Source of the DNA: Macrostomum lignano | Taxonomy: Eukaryota | DNA length: 43,416 bases | Assembly: GCA_002269645.1 (NCBI GenBank) | Contig: NIVC01003496.1 | Span: 1-43,416 of the forward strand | Direction: 5' to 3' | Part shown: positions 13,843 through 25,885 of the stretch, piece after piece | How the letters are laid out: each line of letters starts with the position of its first letter | How positions within the stretch are numbered: the first letter of the stretch is position 1 | Translations under genes and position numbers: made by a program | The notes under the pieces: generated by a model | The model's database searches: none | What the model saw: the letters and a program-made list of their open reading frames with translations, nothing else | What the model was told of the DNA's origin: nothing

Positions 13843-14306
13843 TGGGAGGGTAGGATAGAGGGGAGGGTAAGAGACAGGAGCGTAGGAGAGAGAGGAGGGT
13901 AGGAGAGGGGAGGGTAGGATAGAGGGGAGGGTAGGATAGAGGGAAGGGTAAGAGACAGGAGCGTAGGAGAGAGAGGAGGGTAGGAGAGGGGAGGGTAGGA
14001 GAGGGGAGGGTAGGAAAGAGTAGACGGTAGGAGAGAGGGGAGGATAGGAGATAGAGGGTAGGAGACAGAAGGGTAGGAGATTGGAGGATAGGAGATAGAG
14101 GGTAGGAGAGAAGGGAGGGTAGGAGACGGAAGGGTAGGAGATTGGAGGATAGGAGATTGGAGGATAGGAGATTGGAGGATAGGAGATTGGAGGATAGGAG
14201 ATTGGAGGATAGGAGATTGGAGGATAGGAGATTGGAGGATAGGAGATTGGAGGATAGGAGATTGGAGGATAGGAGATTGGAGGATAGGAGATTGGAGGAT
14301 AGGAGA
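13843..14306. repeat. Purine-rich minisatellite grading into a perfect 15-bp GGAGATTGGAGGATA array
   Basis: Direct inspection. Confidence 0.93.
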
Positions 14307-14369
14307 GAGGTGCAGTGTCAGGGCGCAGGGAAGAGAGAGTGAGGACAAGGTGAGTGAGATGGCTCACAG

Positions 14370-14496
14370 ATTGGAGACGAGATAGCCGCCAGTGAAGAGT
14401 TGCGACATGGCAAGAACGAAGCGCAGTGCCTGTATGAAGATGACTGCCGAATGGTCAGAGAAAGAGGGAGGCAGGAATATACGAAAGAAGCAACAG
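14370..14496 (+). CDS. Possible upstream exon of the EF-hand-like gene (IGDEIAASEELRHGKNEAQCLYEDDC...)
   Basis: cacag acceptor, open frame, CAG|GTGAGA donor; no recognisable homology. Confidence 0.35.
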
Positions 14497-14959
14497 GTGA
14501 GAATGTGAGCACAATGAATGGACAAAGCAAACGGGAGAGGCCGGTGGCTTGGCAATCTGCATCTGAGTTTAATGTTTCATAAACACTTTTGTGCCAGTCT
14601 TCACTTTATGCAGCGGGTCATTAGGGCTGTTTGCAGTGAACCAGTGCTCAGTTAATGTGCTTTTTTACAGCGAGCGGCGCTTATTATGAATTTTTTTGCA
14701 CAACCAATTAGGGTTTACACCGGAGAGAAAAAAGTATATATTGTTTGGCATCAAATGCTTTGAGGTCTCTCTCTGCAGAGTCAAGAATAAATCTGCTGCC
14801 TCACCATTGGCGTTTCACGGCAGGTGAAGACGCTTAATCAGATAATTTGATATGCCTGTCACGGTGAAGGATGTGCAGAAGGTGAGAGAGAGAGAGAGAT
14901 TGACAGGTGCTGCAATTTTCTGGTCAATGATTCTCATGATTCACTAGCCACCAGTCCCC

Positions 14960-15165
14960 TTTTCATGTTCTTTTCATGTATTACCAGCCCTTCTTTTTAT
15001 ATTATTGTCATGTGCTATAAGTCCTCATATTCTTGTCATGTGCTACCAGTCCTTCTCATGTTTTTGTCATGTGCTACCAGTCCTTCTCATGCTTTTGTCA
15101 TGTGCTACCAGTCCTTCTCATGTTTTTGTCATGTGCTACCAGTCCTTCTCATGTTCCTGTCACGT
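14960..15165. repeat. 31-bp minisatellite TGTCATGTGCTACCAGTCCTTCTCATGTTTT
   Basis: Direct inspection; period 31. Confidence 0.9.
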
Positions 15166-15210
15166 GACTGAGTTGTTGTCAGATCAATCAACCAAAACCT
15201 TCAATTTCAG

Positions 15211-15295
15211 CGCCTGAAGCACGGCGGCAGACTGCACAACTGCACAGCCCAGACCACCCGCTTTGAGCTGCCCTTCGACTTGAAGCGGCTGGAAG
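15211..15295 (+). CDS. Internal exon of uncharacterised EF-hand-like protein (RLKHGGRLHNCTAQTTRFELPFDLKRLE)
   Basis: tttcag acceptor, GAAG|GTGAG donor; phase 1 joins exactly to 16347 giving ...KRLE-G-LDAKDYLRQY. Confidence 0.75.
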
Positions 15296-15339
15296 GTGAG
15301 GCGTCCGCTAGAATGTGGGACTTCGGAGAGGCACTGGGA

Positions 15340-15875
15340 ACCTGCATCTCATTCCCTCATCTCAGTCCTTCATCTCATTCTCTCATCGCATTCCCTCATC
15401 GCATTCCCTCATCTCAGTTCCTCATCTCGCATTCCTTCATCTCAGTCCTTCATCTCACGGCCTCTCATCTCAGTCCCTCATCTCAGTCCCTCATCTCAGT
15501 CCCTCATCTCAGTCCCTCATCTCAGTCTCTCATCTCATTCCCTCATCTCAGTCCTTCATCTCATTCCCTCATCTCACAGTCTCTCATCTCAGCCTCTCAT
15601 CTCAGTCCCTCATCTCAGTCCCTCATCTCAGTCCCTCATCTCATTCTCTCATCGCATTCCCTCATCGCATTCCCTCATCTCAGTTCCTCATCTCGCAGTC
15701 CTTCATCTCATTCCCTCATCTCACAGTCTCTCATCTCAGCCTCTCATCTCAGTCCCTCATCTCAGTCCCTCATCTCAGTCCCTCATCTCAGTCTCTCATC
15801 TCAGTCCCTCATCTCACAGTCCCTTATCTCGCAGTTCTTCATCTCAGTCTTTCATCTGAGTCCCTACTCTCACAG
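15340..15875. repeat. 13-bp minisatellite TCTCAGTCCCTCA (intronic)
   Basis: Direct inspection. Confidence 0.93.
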
Positions 15876-16346
15876 AGCAGCTTTCCCCACTCTTAAAAGC
15901 TAACAAACTGTGATTGACAGCTCCGATTTCTAAGGCAGATCTCCCTGCGCAACCTGACCGTCTCTTCGGCAAGCTTTAACGGTTGACTGAGTAGCAGAAA
16001 ACAGCATTCGAATCGAATTTTGCGGTCACAAAGCTCTGGAGCTGACTGGGGCTGACTAGAACTGCACTTTAAAGCATATCGTATTTCACGTCCCACTGAA
16101 GCCAGGCAGTCGATAGATGTATGCGCATAAATTAGAGGGAGGGAATCAGGAAACGATTACTTTTTAGTCCTAAAAAATTCAGGTACTTGATAAAAAAACT
16201 GCTCTCCCTCTCTCTCTCTGCGTTTTTACCATTTGCTAGAAATACGGGTGGTAAAAAATTCTCAGTATTCTACTAAATTCTCTCATCAGTAGTGTGGAAC
16301 GAAAAAGTAGCCATTTCTATGTCTATCGCAAAACATTGCCAATCAG

Positions 16347-16798
16347 GCCTGGACGCCAAGGATTACCTGCGCCAGTACGCCGTGGTGTCCAACAACCGTA
16401 TCGTGCTGTACCAGCGGCTATTCCAGAAGTTTCGCAATCCGACAACCAACCTGATCGAGTCCAGGGAGCTGGACAAGTGCATCGGCGACCTGCTGATCGA
16501 GGGCAACGTCCCCCGGGACCGGCTGGCTCAGCTCCGGGACCTGACTGGCACCGCTGATCTCGAGCAGCTCGAGCCACAGCTATTCTACGCGTTCTGCGCC
16601 GTTGTTGAAAGGCTGGTCGCTGGCAAGTCGGCCGGCGCCTGTGGCGGCACACAAAAAGGGAGTACACAGAAACGACTAGGCGATTTGGAAGAGTGCCGGC
16701 GGCAGGCGCTGGAATCAGCGGACTTTGCCGGCCTGCAGTACAAGCTGCGCGATGTCAACCTCAAGGAAGGACTGGCGCGGCTGCTGGCTGCCTTGTGA
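16347..16798 (+). CDS. Terminal exon of uncharacterised, helical EF-hand-like protein
   Basis: aatcag acceptor; GC-rich coding-like codon usage; DYLRQYAVV...LYQRLFQKF...ESRELDKCI; stop TGA 16796-16798; EF-hand call is pattern inference only. Confidence 0.75.
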
Positions 16799-16819
16799 CC
16801 CGGGGGTGTCGGGCGGAGT

Positions 16820-17165
16820 GATGCGGGTGCCTAGCCATAGACTGGGTTGGCGGAGCGGAGTGAGGTGGGTGTATGGCCATAGATTGGGTTGGCGGAGCGG
16901 AGTGAGGTGGATGTATAGCTATAGACTGGGTTGGAGAGCGGAGTGAGGTGGGTGTCTAGCCATAGACTGGGTTAGCGGAGCGGAGTGAGGTGGGTTCCTA
17001 GCCATAGACGGGGTTAGCGGAGCGGAGTGAGGTGGGTTCCTAGCCATAGACGGGGTTAGCGGAGCGGAGTGAGGTGGGTTCCTAGCCATAGACTGGGTTG
17101 GCGAAGCGGAGTGAGGTGGGCGTATAAACATAGACTGGGTTGGCGAAGCGAAGTGAGGTGGGTGT
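16820..17165. repeat. ~42-bp minisatellite immediately after the stop codon (putative 3' UTR)
   Basis: About 8 units of GCCATAGACTGGGTTGGCGGAGCGGAGTGAGGTGGG... Confidence 0.92.
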
Positions 17166-17681
17166 GCAGCTAATTTTGATTAATTCAGGCATGTTACTAT
17201 TAACTTTTTCAGTATTTATTTTTTTCAGTGAATTTCTGCAACAAACTACTTCTGGTTGCGTCAATTACCTCGGTGCAGATGTTGCTCTTAATTTTTATTG
17301 AATTAAACCTACATGTGGTGTCTATTGTTGGATTGTATCGACGCTGGGTTTAATTTACAGATAGCTATTATCGTATAAGTTGTAAATAAACGTCAATTTA
17401 TTATTATCTTAAAGCATTCGAGAACAATGCATTACACAAAGTACGAGCGTATGTGTTGGCGATAATAAAATGTATTAATTTTGGTTGTTGTACTTGCGTG
17501 AAAGAGAAACACAGCAGCCGCTTACGCATATGCTTTAAAAACTATTGAAACTTGTATTTCTGAAGCTGAAGATGACCTCTTCGAATCCTTTCTTTTCTAG
17601 GAATCTTTCTAACTCGAACCTTTCATAATAGCATCTTCGAATCTTTCCTATGACCCGATTAAATATTTTCTAAAGAACTTC

Positions 17682-17838
17682 TTCTAATGCATCCTATGCC
17701 CTCTTCTAATGCATCCTATGCCCTCTTCGAATGCATCCTACGCCCTCTTCTAATGCATCCTATGCCCTCTTCGAATGCATCCTACGCCCTCTTCTAATGC
17801 ATCCTATGCCCTCTTCGAATGCATCCTATGCCCTATTC
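17682..17838. repeat. 22-bp minisatellite AATGCATCCTATGCCCTCTTCT
   Basis: Direct inspection. Confidence 0.9.
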
Positions 17839-18396
17839 TAATTGGGCTCTCTGAATCCCCTGTCCTAACTAGAAGCGGCTCAGAGCAGAGAAGCCGCACC
17901 CAAAGTCCTGAGTCGTGAGTCACCTTAGCAGCAACCGGTTTTGCATAGCGCGCTTCCCGCCGCCTTAGCACAGAGGAATCCCATTCCGGGAATTCCAGTC
18001 TGAGTGATTTTGCTTTTGATCAAAGCCTCTGCCTCACCCCCTCCTCCAGTGCGGCTCTTGAGCTCTCCAGGAAATGAGTCTCAGAAACTGAAAGCAGAAG
18101 ACGGCAGAAGCCAGAAAGCCGTTGTTCCTCTACGGGGTTGGGCGAAGCAAATAGCCACTTGAGTCATGTTTCTATTTTTAGCTCACAATGCTGTCCAAGC
18201 CGATTCCCCTTTACTTCGGCCCCCTCGATGCATTTTCTAGCGGGGAAAACCGGCACTGAATGCCACATCGCACAAAAGAGAAAAGCTGCTTTTTTGGCTC
18301 AATGCCAGATCTCTTCTAATGGCTTTTTAAAGTTACAAGGTGATTTTTAGGTTGAGTATTTCAGTATAAGGTTTGCCACTGCAGTTTGATAAAAAT

Positions 18397-18710
<314 letters not shown>

Positions 18711-19461
18711 AAGCTGAATGGAATTCATTTGGCAGCAAGTCATCATGATCAGTTCATCCACCCCTAATCCGATATATTTAGCACCGAAGAGGCTGCTCGG
18801 ATGCAGACCGGGCTGAAACTGTCATCAAGAGATTAAGCGGGGCGATATGATGGTCGGTTGGCCTAAAAAAACTCCAATCGGAATTGCGTGGGCGGCGGCA
18901 AGTCCTCATTTTTATTTCCAGCCTCCCGGATGGCGGACTTTAAGGCCGGCCCAGTCAATATTTGTCTGCAGCCTGGGAGTCGCTCTGTGCCAGACGGAGC
19001 CTCCTAGTTTGCGTCACAGCGAGCGAATCAGGTTGGCAACTGGGGCGGATTTAGAACCGATTAAGGACAAACCAAACAGAGGATTAATCGCCCACCGCCC
19101 CTTTTTCCCCCACAATAAAAGCTGCCGCTATTCTTAGCTACTTGGGTGGATAAAAATAGCTGCCCGCCTGACAAGAGTCTCTCGGCGAGATTCGCGTACG
19201 CGGAGTGGATCCGCAACCTCCATAATAGGAGTGTGCACCCCCCCCCTGGCGCCCACCCCCGGCCGCGAGGCTATCAGGGAAATAGCCCCCGTTGCCAGCT
19301 AGCGGAGGCCTATCTAGAGGGGGGTGGCTCAGCCAGCCAGCTCTGCTCTACAGTTTAGCTGACTGACGGGCGGATCCAGGAAGAGGGTGAGGGAGGGGGG
19401 TGGAGAAAATCGAGAGAGGAAGTTTCTGCGGGAAAGGGGAGTTGAGGGCTACAAGAGATGC

Positions 19462-19468
19462 TATAAAA
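19462..19468 (+). promoter_or_regulatory. Candidate TATA box (TATAAAA) ~120 bp upstream of the PH-like ORF
   Basis: Consensus match and position only. Confidence 0.3.
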
Positions 19469-19586
19469 AGGGACCCGCATCGATGTGGGAAATTTTTCCC
19501 AAACTGAAGCAGCAATTCGTAACAGTTTAGAGCAGGGCAGCTGAACAGACATTTTATTGATGTGCTTTCAAGACGACGCCAAAGCG

Positions 19587-20027
19587 ATGAAGCTGAGCAC
19601 GTCGGGCGCCGCGGTGCAGCGGCGGAGCAGCCGGGCGCTCATCACCCTGGTGCGGCCGGACCATCTGGCCACCCTGGCCGGTCGGCTCTGCCTGTTCGGC
19701 GGCGGCGGCGACGCCTCTGGCGGGCCCGGCTTCGTGGTGGTCTTCAGTGAGGCCACCGAGGAGGCGGCCGGGCAGCCGCTGGGCTGCCTGAGCCTTCGCG
19801 GGCTCAGCGCAGAGCCGCTGGGCAGACGGAAGCTCAAACTGGCCAGGCGAGGCGAAGACGGAGTTGGCCGGGCCTACTCGGTGGTCACCTTCGACAGCGA
19901 GGAGGAGCGGCGCGTCTGGCTGCGGCTGCTGGCCGACTGCCGGCTGTCCGGGCCGGGCCTGCGGCCAATCAGCGAGGACGAGGCCGCCTGCTACTGCGGC
20001 TCCGCCAATGTTGGCGTTGTGCGATAA
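19587..20027 (+). CDS. Small PH-domain-like protein (146 aa from ATG 19587), or terminal exon of a larger gene
   Basis: Very GC-rich coding-like ORF; QPLGCLSL strand and C-terminal helix TFDSEEERRVWLRLL typical of PH folds; alternative acceptor tttcaag near 19572; AATAAA at ~20330. Confidence 0.6.
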   Translation: MKLSTSGAAVQRRSSRALITLVRPDHLATLAGRLCLFGGGGDASGGPGFVVVFSEATEEAAGQPLGCLSLRGLSAEPLGRRKLKLARRGEDGVGRAYSVVTFDSEEERRVWLRLLADCRLSGPGLRPISEDEAACYCGSANVGVVR

Positions 20028-21278
20028 TTTCTATACAGTGTCGGATTTGAATTTGCGCCCGAATATTTCTGTTTTAATCGAGCCGTCAGGACTAAATGAC
20101 TCAGTGGTGCCTTTGAAAAAATTCAAGATACAGTTAGCTGTACAATATATGTGCGGCATTCTTGTCCCGTATATAAAACTTTTTCCGTTCAATGCGTAAC
20201 TATAGGGAATGCTACACTTAATTTGTTTGTCCTTCAACTGCTATCAATTGCACTACTTCATGTTAAATTGACCGCAGTATTGCTGACTTACATAGTTGTA
20301 AATTTGTTTAAACTATTAGATTTTAACACAATAAAATAGCACTGCAACTAGATGTACTTCAACTATCCCGCAGTAATTTTGAGTTCCCATTTCGTTGTCA
20401 AATACGAAATAATTTCGCCATTTCGAGTTATTTCTACTAATAGTAGGCAAAAATACACAAGTTCAGAATTTGAGCGCGGCCAAAAAAATTTAAAAGCTCA
20501 ACAACAACTTCTCTGGAGAGAAATGCTCTGGGTGCAATGAGTGCTATAGTCTCTGACAGTGCACTGATAAAATACACGAGGACTTGAGGTTTAATAAAAA
20601 CCATAATGTACTGTATACTCGCAGTCTGTGACTGACCCCTAGCTATGCCTCACCGCGTGTTCTCACGCTAGCTAACATTATTCGCTTATGAAATTCGCTT
20701 CTCTGCGCCAACAATGCAGACTCCGTTTTTATTGAGAGAAAATGAGTGCACGTGTACTAATTCGCTCAACTCTGTTCTGGCTGTTTGTCTGAAGAAATCC
20801 GAAAGAAACGAACTTTGGCGGTAATTACTTTAAAAAATGTTAGACAATTAGATAAACATCTATCATTTGTTTGAAAGACAATTTGAATTCAATGGCAGTT
20901 TTGTGATAAGAATAGGAAATATCCCCCACAATAGCACATCACTTGCTCTGCTTGAAGAAAACTGGAATGCTGGTGAAACTCGTCACGTCGATATCGTAAG
21001 CAACGAATTGCAGCTCAAAGTGGCTTTGCGGTGCTCCGTTGATGAAGTGCATAGCTTTGCTGATGGTCCGCTGAAGACACCGCAAACTCCTGTGCCAGCG
21101 GAGTGAAACGGAACGCATAGAGATTGATGGGCTACCATCCCCTCCAACCAAACCATCCTCACTTACCAAGCACAGATCCTTGTTCTCCTTGACCTCACAA
21201 TCCAGCACTGTAGTACCGCTTTGGTATTTCTGCACTTTCTTATAAGTCTGCAAGTTTTTATAGAAATTTTAAATAATA

Positions 21279-22677
21279 TCATGACATCATCGCAAAGAGT
21301 TCTCCAGCCAGACATTTTGAACAAACATTTTTCGCAATTTTCAACTCAAGTTCGGTGCGCCAGTCTTGCAGGAATCGAATGGCCAAGTCTGGCGCCACGG
21401 CCAGCACCGAAACGCACAGCAGCAGCAGCCAGGACGAGGGCTGCCCGCTCAGATCAAAGTAAGTCCAGTAGTAAGTGAGCTGCTTGGATAGAAAAGCGGT
21501 TGAGATCCCGCTGTAGGCACTGAGCAGAATCACGTATGTGACTGTGGAGAACAGGAAACCAATGAGCGTTGGCACACTGAAGCTGTAGGTGATGAGCAGG
21601 ATGCGAGTGGTGACGCACACCAGAACGCAGGTGATCACCACCGTGCCGAACGCGTAGACATCGTACGCGTAGCCGTTCGAGCCGACCCAGTCGTTGGTCA
21701 GAAACACGGCCGCTACGCCAAAAAAGCAGCAGGCCGAGTGCCAGAGGCCCAGCGCGCACCACAGGGCGAGTTGGCCCCAGGACAGGCGCCGATTGTTAGC
21801 GATGCCTCGATAGAGACGTGGCTCGGACTCCAACCGCTGTCGAGGCAGGTGCTGTTCAAACAAGCCGTAGAGAAAAATCGGCAATGAAGTCATGGTCATG
21901 TTGTAGAGAATGAAGAACGCCGTGTCGTACATTGGCTGGGCGCTGAATGCGGAGAAAAACGCGAAGAAAAAGGGAGGCATAACGAACACAATGCTCTTGT
22001 AAAAACAGTACAGAACGAGATTTGAGAGTCGAATGTAGAACAGGTGGCCGTGGAACAGCAGGGCGGTGCGAGTGAACGCGAACCTGGCGAATGCGTAGTC
22101 GGCGTTGAGAGCGGCGGCCCGGCCCTCCTTGCCGAAGATGCCGATTCCAACGTGGGCCTCTCGGATCATAGAGACGTCGTTGGCTCCGTCGCCGATCGCG
22201 CAGGTGGTTGGCTCGGGCCGAACTCCATGCTTCACCATGGCGATTATTCTGGCCTTCTGCAGAGGCGTGCAGCGGCAGCACAAAACTGCGGCTGTCTTGC
22301 AGCACAGTTCTAGGAACGAGTCCCTCAGGTCGGGGTGCTCATCGGACAAAATAAATTGCAGCGAGTCACCGTCGACAATCGTGCAGAAATTTATCGGAAT
22401 TGACACTTTGGACGCCTCAATCATCTCATGTCCGCTGCTCACACTCTCGCGGCAGACATCCGCCGACAGCTGCTCCACAATGCGGATGCGCTGCATGGAT
22501 TCCACAAAGTGTCCCGATGACAGGCTGATGTTTTCGGCTGTCTCGCGCTTGTCGCCGGTGAGCACCCACACCTGGATGCCTGCCTCGCGCAGATCCGTCA
22601 GCGTCTCGCACACGCCTGGTTGCAGCTCGTCTTCGATAGCTGTGAGGCCCAGCGCTTCGAGGCCTTGCTCTATCGAC
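21279..22677 (-). CDS. ATP11: P4-ATPase phospholipid flippase, ATP11-like, exon 3 (P domain, TM5-TM10); true C-terminus may splice to 21229
   Basis: VWVLTGDKRETA, CCRCTPLQKA, AIGDGANDVSMIREAHVGIGIFGKEG; acceptor gaccag|G restores phase 2 (VYM-SIEQGL...TAIEDELQ). Confidence 0.95.
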
Positions 22678-22937
22678 CTGGTCGAAGAGAGGTTTATGGG
22701 AAACCTGTGGTGATGTAGTACAAGGGTCCTAAATCTACAGGTTGCGACTGCGAACTAGGTTGTGGAATTTCTGCACCTTTAAAAAATATCATTTTAGCCT
22801 ACTGACCATTTCAGACTTTCAGCTGTGGATTCGATCTGTTATCTCATCGGATCTGCTTGAAGTCTCTAACCGTTATTGTTGCCTTCTTCTGTACCATTAC
22901 CTACTTAAGACCAAATGTTGCACTAAAAAGTACTCAC

Positions 22938-24375
22938 ATGTACACTTCCGTCAGCTTGGCATCTCTGTTGGCTACATCTATCTCGGCGATGGAGAATTGC
23001 AACTTTATCTGCTCATACTCGGCTTCTGTCAGCTCTTTGTGTCCGATTGCCAGCACTCTCAGACCTTGGACGGCGAATTCGGCGGAGAACTTCACAATAG
23101 AATCCTTGTCTCCTGTGCAGCACTTCTCCAGCATTGTGCTTTCGGCTCCTTTCGTTAGCAGCCAATAAGCGCCGTCGGCTCTCTGCACGATGACCGACAT
23201 GCACTTGCGCTCTGAATCAAACTCGAGCACGTGCAGTAGCCGGAATTGCTGAACAATGCACTCGCCATTGGCACTAGACAGGCTGACTGTGCTGACCCCG
23301 CCCTCAGTGCCGTGGAAAATTATCCCAAAACTACGGGCGGCCTCAACAAAAGCCTTCTCATCTGGAGAGCTGGCCTGGTAGGTGTAATCCTCCGCTTCAA
23401 GTGTAGAGAATGCATACCGATTTTGCTCATCATTGCCATACGCCGTAGGCCGTTCAACTCGAATGGTGTGGCACAGGGCCAAAACGGTAAAGAACAGCAG
23501 CTGTCGGTCTCCCAGCCTCTCGCACCGACTCAGTCGTTGTCCACCGCAGCTGTCTGTCTCCCAGAGTTCACCACTGAATTCACTGAACGTACGTCCGTCT
23601 ACCGAGCAGTGTCTGAAGGTCATTTTGTTCTCGGTAAGAGTGCCCGTTTTGTCCGAAAATAAGTACTGAACTTGTCCGAGTTCCTCATTCAAATCGGATG
23701 TGTTTGCTCTCGCTGGCATTTTCTCGCCCGTTTCTGGATCCTCGTAGTACATGCTCAAGTCATACTCAATAAACTTCGAGCTAACAAACTTCGTTACCTC
23801 CATTGTCACATATAGTGCAATAGGAATCATGTAGTTGAACAGTATTAAGTAGCCCATAAAATCTTGAATTATTCGATATGGTGTCAATTGCTCGACTGGC
23901 AGGTACCAAGCCCCAGTGACTGTTGTTTTATGATTCGCGTAGCTCCATTTCATAGCAGAGCAAACAATTACCATAAACAGTAGAACGCCCAGGAGGCACA
24001 CAAGAAATTTGTCCAGGCGACGCTCAATGACGGACTTTTTGGAACGGCCGTACTGCGAATTCAGCTGCATCTTGGTCTCTTGACCAGTGTACACGGCCAC
24101 TCCCATTACATGCTTGGTGTTCCGCAGCACTGCCCCGCGAAGAAGAAGGTTCTTGATGCTCAGGGAAACTTGGTACGGCAATCCCGTGCTCAATCGGACA
24201 CTGATATTTCCCTTAAATTTGTACAGATCTGCAGTGGGCTGCTCGCAGTCTATCTGAGCACGCAGGTTTGCACCTATGTCGGCGGCTGTCCTCAGGTGTC
24301 TGGTCAGCTCCACGGAGTGCACAGTCTTTAAGTTGGACTCGCCGTCTAAGTTAGCTGTCGTTATGCGACATTCTC
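22938..24375 (-). CDS. ATP11: P4-ATPase ATP11-like, exon 2 (A domain, TM3-4, phosphorylation site, N domain)
   Basis: TANLDGESNLK, LLLRGAVLRNT, FSDKTGTLTEN, YQASSPDE; 260-nt GT-AG intron 22678-22937. Confidence 0.97.
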
Positions 24376-24459
24376 CTACAAGCGGACCAATGATGCTAAA
24401 CTTTAAGCTATTTTCCTGAAAAAAAGTATAGAACTAAGTGTATTTTCTTATAGGCTCAC

Positions 24460-24979
24460 CTGTGTCCTCAGATGACGAAAGCAGAATCAGGTCACAGGGA
24501 AAGCTTTCATTTTGATGTATCCGTACAACATCGCCAACCTGAATCTCTAGGGACTTTATATCAACTAATCGATTCTCCCTGACAACTTTAACAGGAGCCA
24601 AATTTACTGTGTCGTCAGACTTGTGCCTCAGAATGTCTTCGTAGGCCTGTTTGACTGCAGTGGCACCGAGCACAAAAGCCAGAGGCACAAATGATGAGGT
24701 TGGGCTCACCGGAGCATCAATAAGCAATTGAGTTGTGGCCGCAATTAAAAAGTAAAAGTTGGCTACGCGAGTGAATTGTTCCAACATATTCTTTATTAGA
24801 AAGTTGTAGACAGTGTAGCGAGATGTGACAACCCGATTGTCTGGATATAATTGTCCTTCTAGTAGTGCATCACTCAATCCGATGCGCTTGTGGTTGACGA
24901 AGACAGTTCTGAACTCTCCATAGAAGACAGGTTTTTGCACGCCGAAGAAGGCTAAAAGGTTCTCAAGCCATCGGTGCAT
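24460..24979 (-). CDS. ATP11: P4-ATPase ATP11-like, coding exon 1 (N-terminus, TM1-2)
   Basis: YPDNRVVTSRYT, QFTRVANFYFL, QLLIDAPVSPTSS...AVKQAYEDILRH (ATP11-type TM1-2); 84-nt intron 24376-24459; three exons total 3357 nt = 1118 aa plus stop. Confidence 0.95.
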
Positions 24980-25339
24980 TTTTGGCAGTTTCTAATGTCG
25001 AAGAATTTATGTAGTTTTAACTATAAAGCGTTTATAGTTGACCTGAAAATGTTCGAGTACGTGTGGAATTTTAATTTATGCAGAGATAAGCTACCTAGAA
25101 TAATTGACACGAATCAATGATATTCTGGTATGCTGTATGTGCAAATTTGCTCGTACCTGAAGGCACTACACTCAGATATTCACATCAGATTTGTTTCGAT
25201 TGTTCAATAAGTCCAAATAGAAATTTGGTTGCCATTGGTCATTGGCTTGCGAATTTACGATGGATAATTCTCTGCTGTTAAAATTCATGAAATTTGTTGC
25301 GATGTGGAGTTCTGTAATAGTATGTCAGTCCGTCATCGT

Positions 25340-25885
25340 CAGTGCTGGGCAAGTTAATCAATTTTTTTAACTCGTTAAAAGTTAAAAAGTTAATTTAATT
25401 GCTCCAAAAAAATTAACTGTAACTAGTTAATTATTTAACTTTTGCCCAAAATTTAACTTCTGAAAAGTTAAAAGTTAAAGTTAATAATTCCCTAACAGAA
25501 AAAGTGACATTTTCCTGGACATGTGTTCAGTGTGTTTTTTAAATTTCAGGTCGGCGCGGCGCGGCTGTGGCCAGGTCGCGGCGCCCTGGGGAGCTTGTCA
25601 GGGAATACTCCCCTGGGAATTAGACCGGGGACCCTGGGGAGAAAAAAAGCATTTTTAACTAAATTTTTGCCATTTAAATAAAAAAATCATTCACAGAAAG
25701 CTGATTGAAACTCTGTCTATGCTTTTTTTTACCACAAAACTGCTTATTTCAATGTATTAACGATATTAACGATTTTTGTTAACTAGTTAATACATAAAAA
25801 ATTTAACGAAAATTTAACGATTTTTTAAAAAATTTAACTAGTTAATTAACTAGTTAAACAATTAACTAGTTAACGCCCAGCACTG
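25340..25885. mobile_element. hAT-type MITE, 546 bp, upstream of the flippase start codon
   Basis: Perfect 11-bp TIR CAGTGCTGGGC/GCCCAGCACTG; perfect 8-bp TSD GTCATCGT (25332-25339, 25886-25893); subterminal GTTAA/TTAAC repeats. Confidence 0.93.

Noticed and set aside
19285-19320. Helitron-like 3' end (GC hairpin then CTAG)
   Set aside because: Weak hairpin, CTAG followed by A rather than T, and no matching 5' TC end found.
23395-23425. YAFS in the flippase N domain, resembling the GYAFS autoregulatory motif
   Set aside because: A four-residue match in a variable loop is likely chance.
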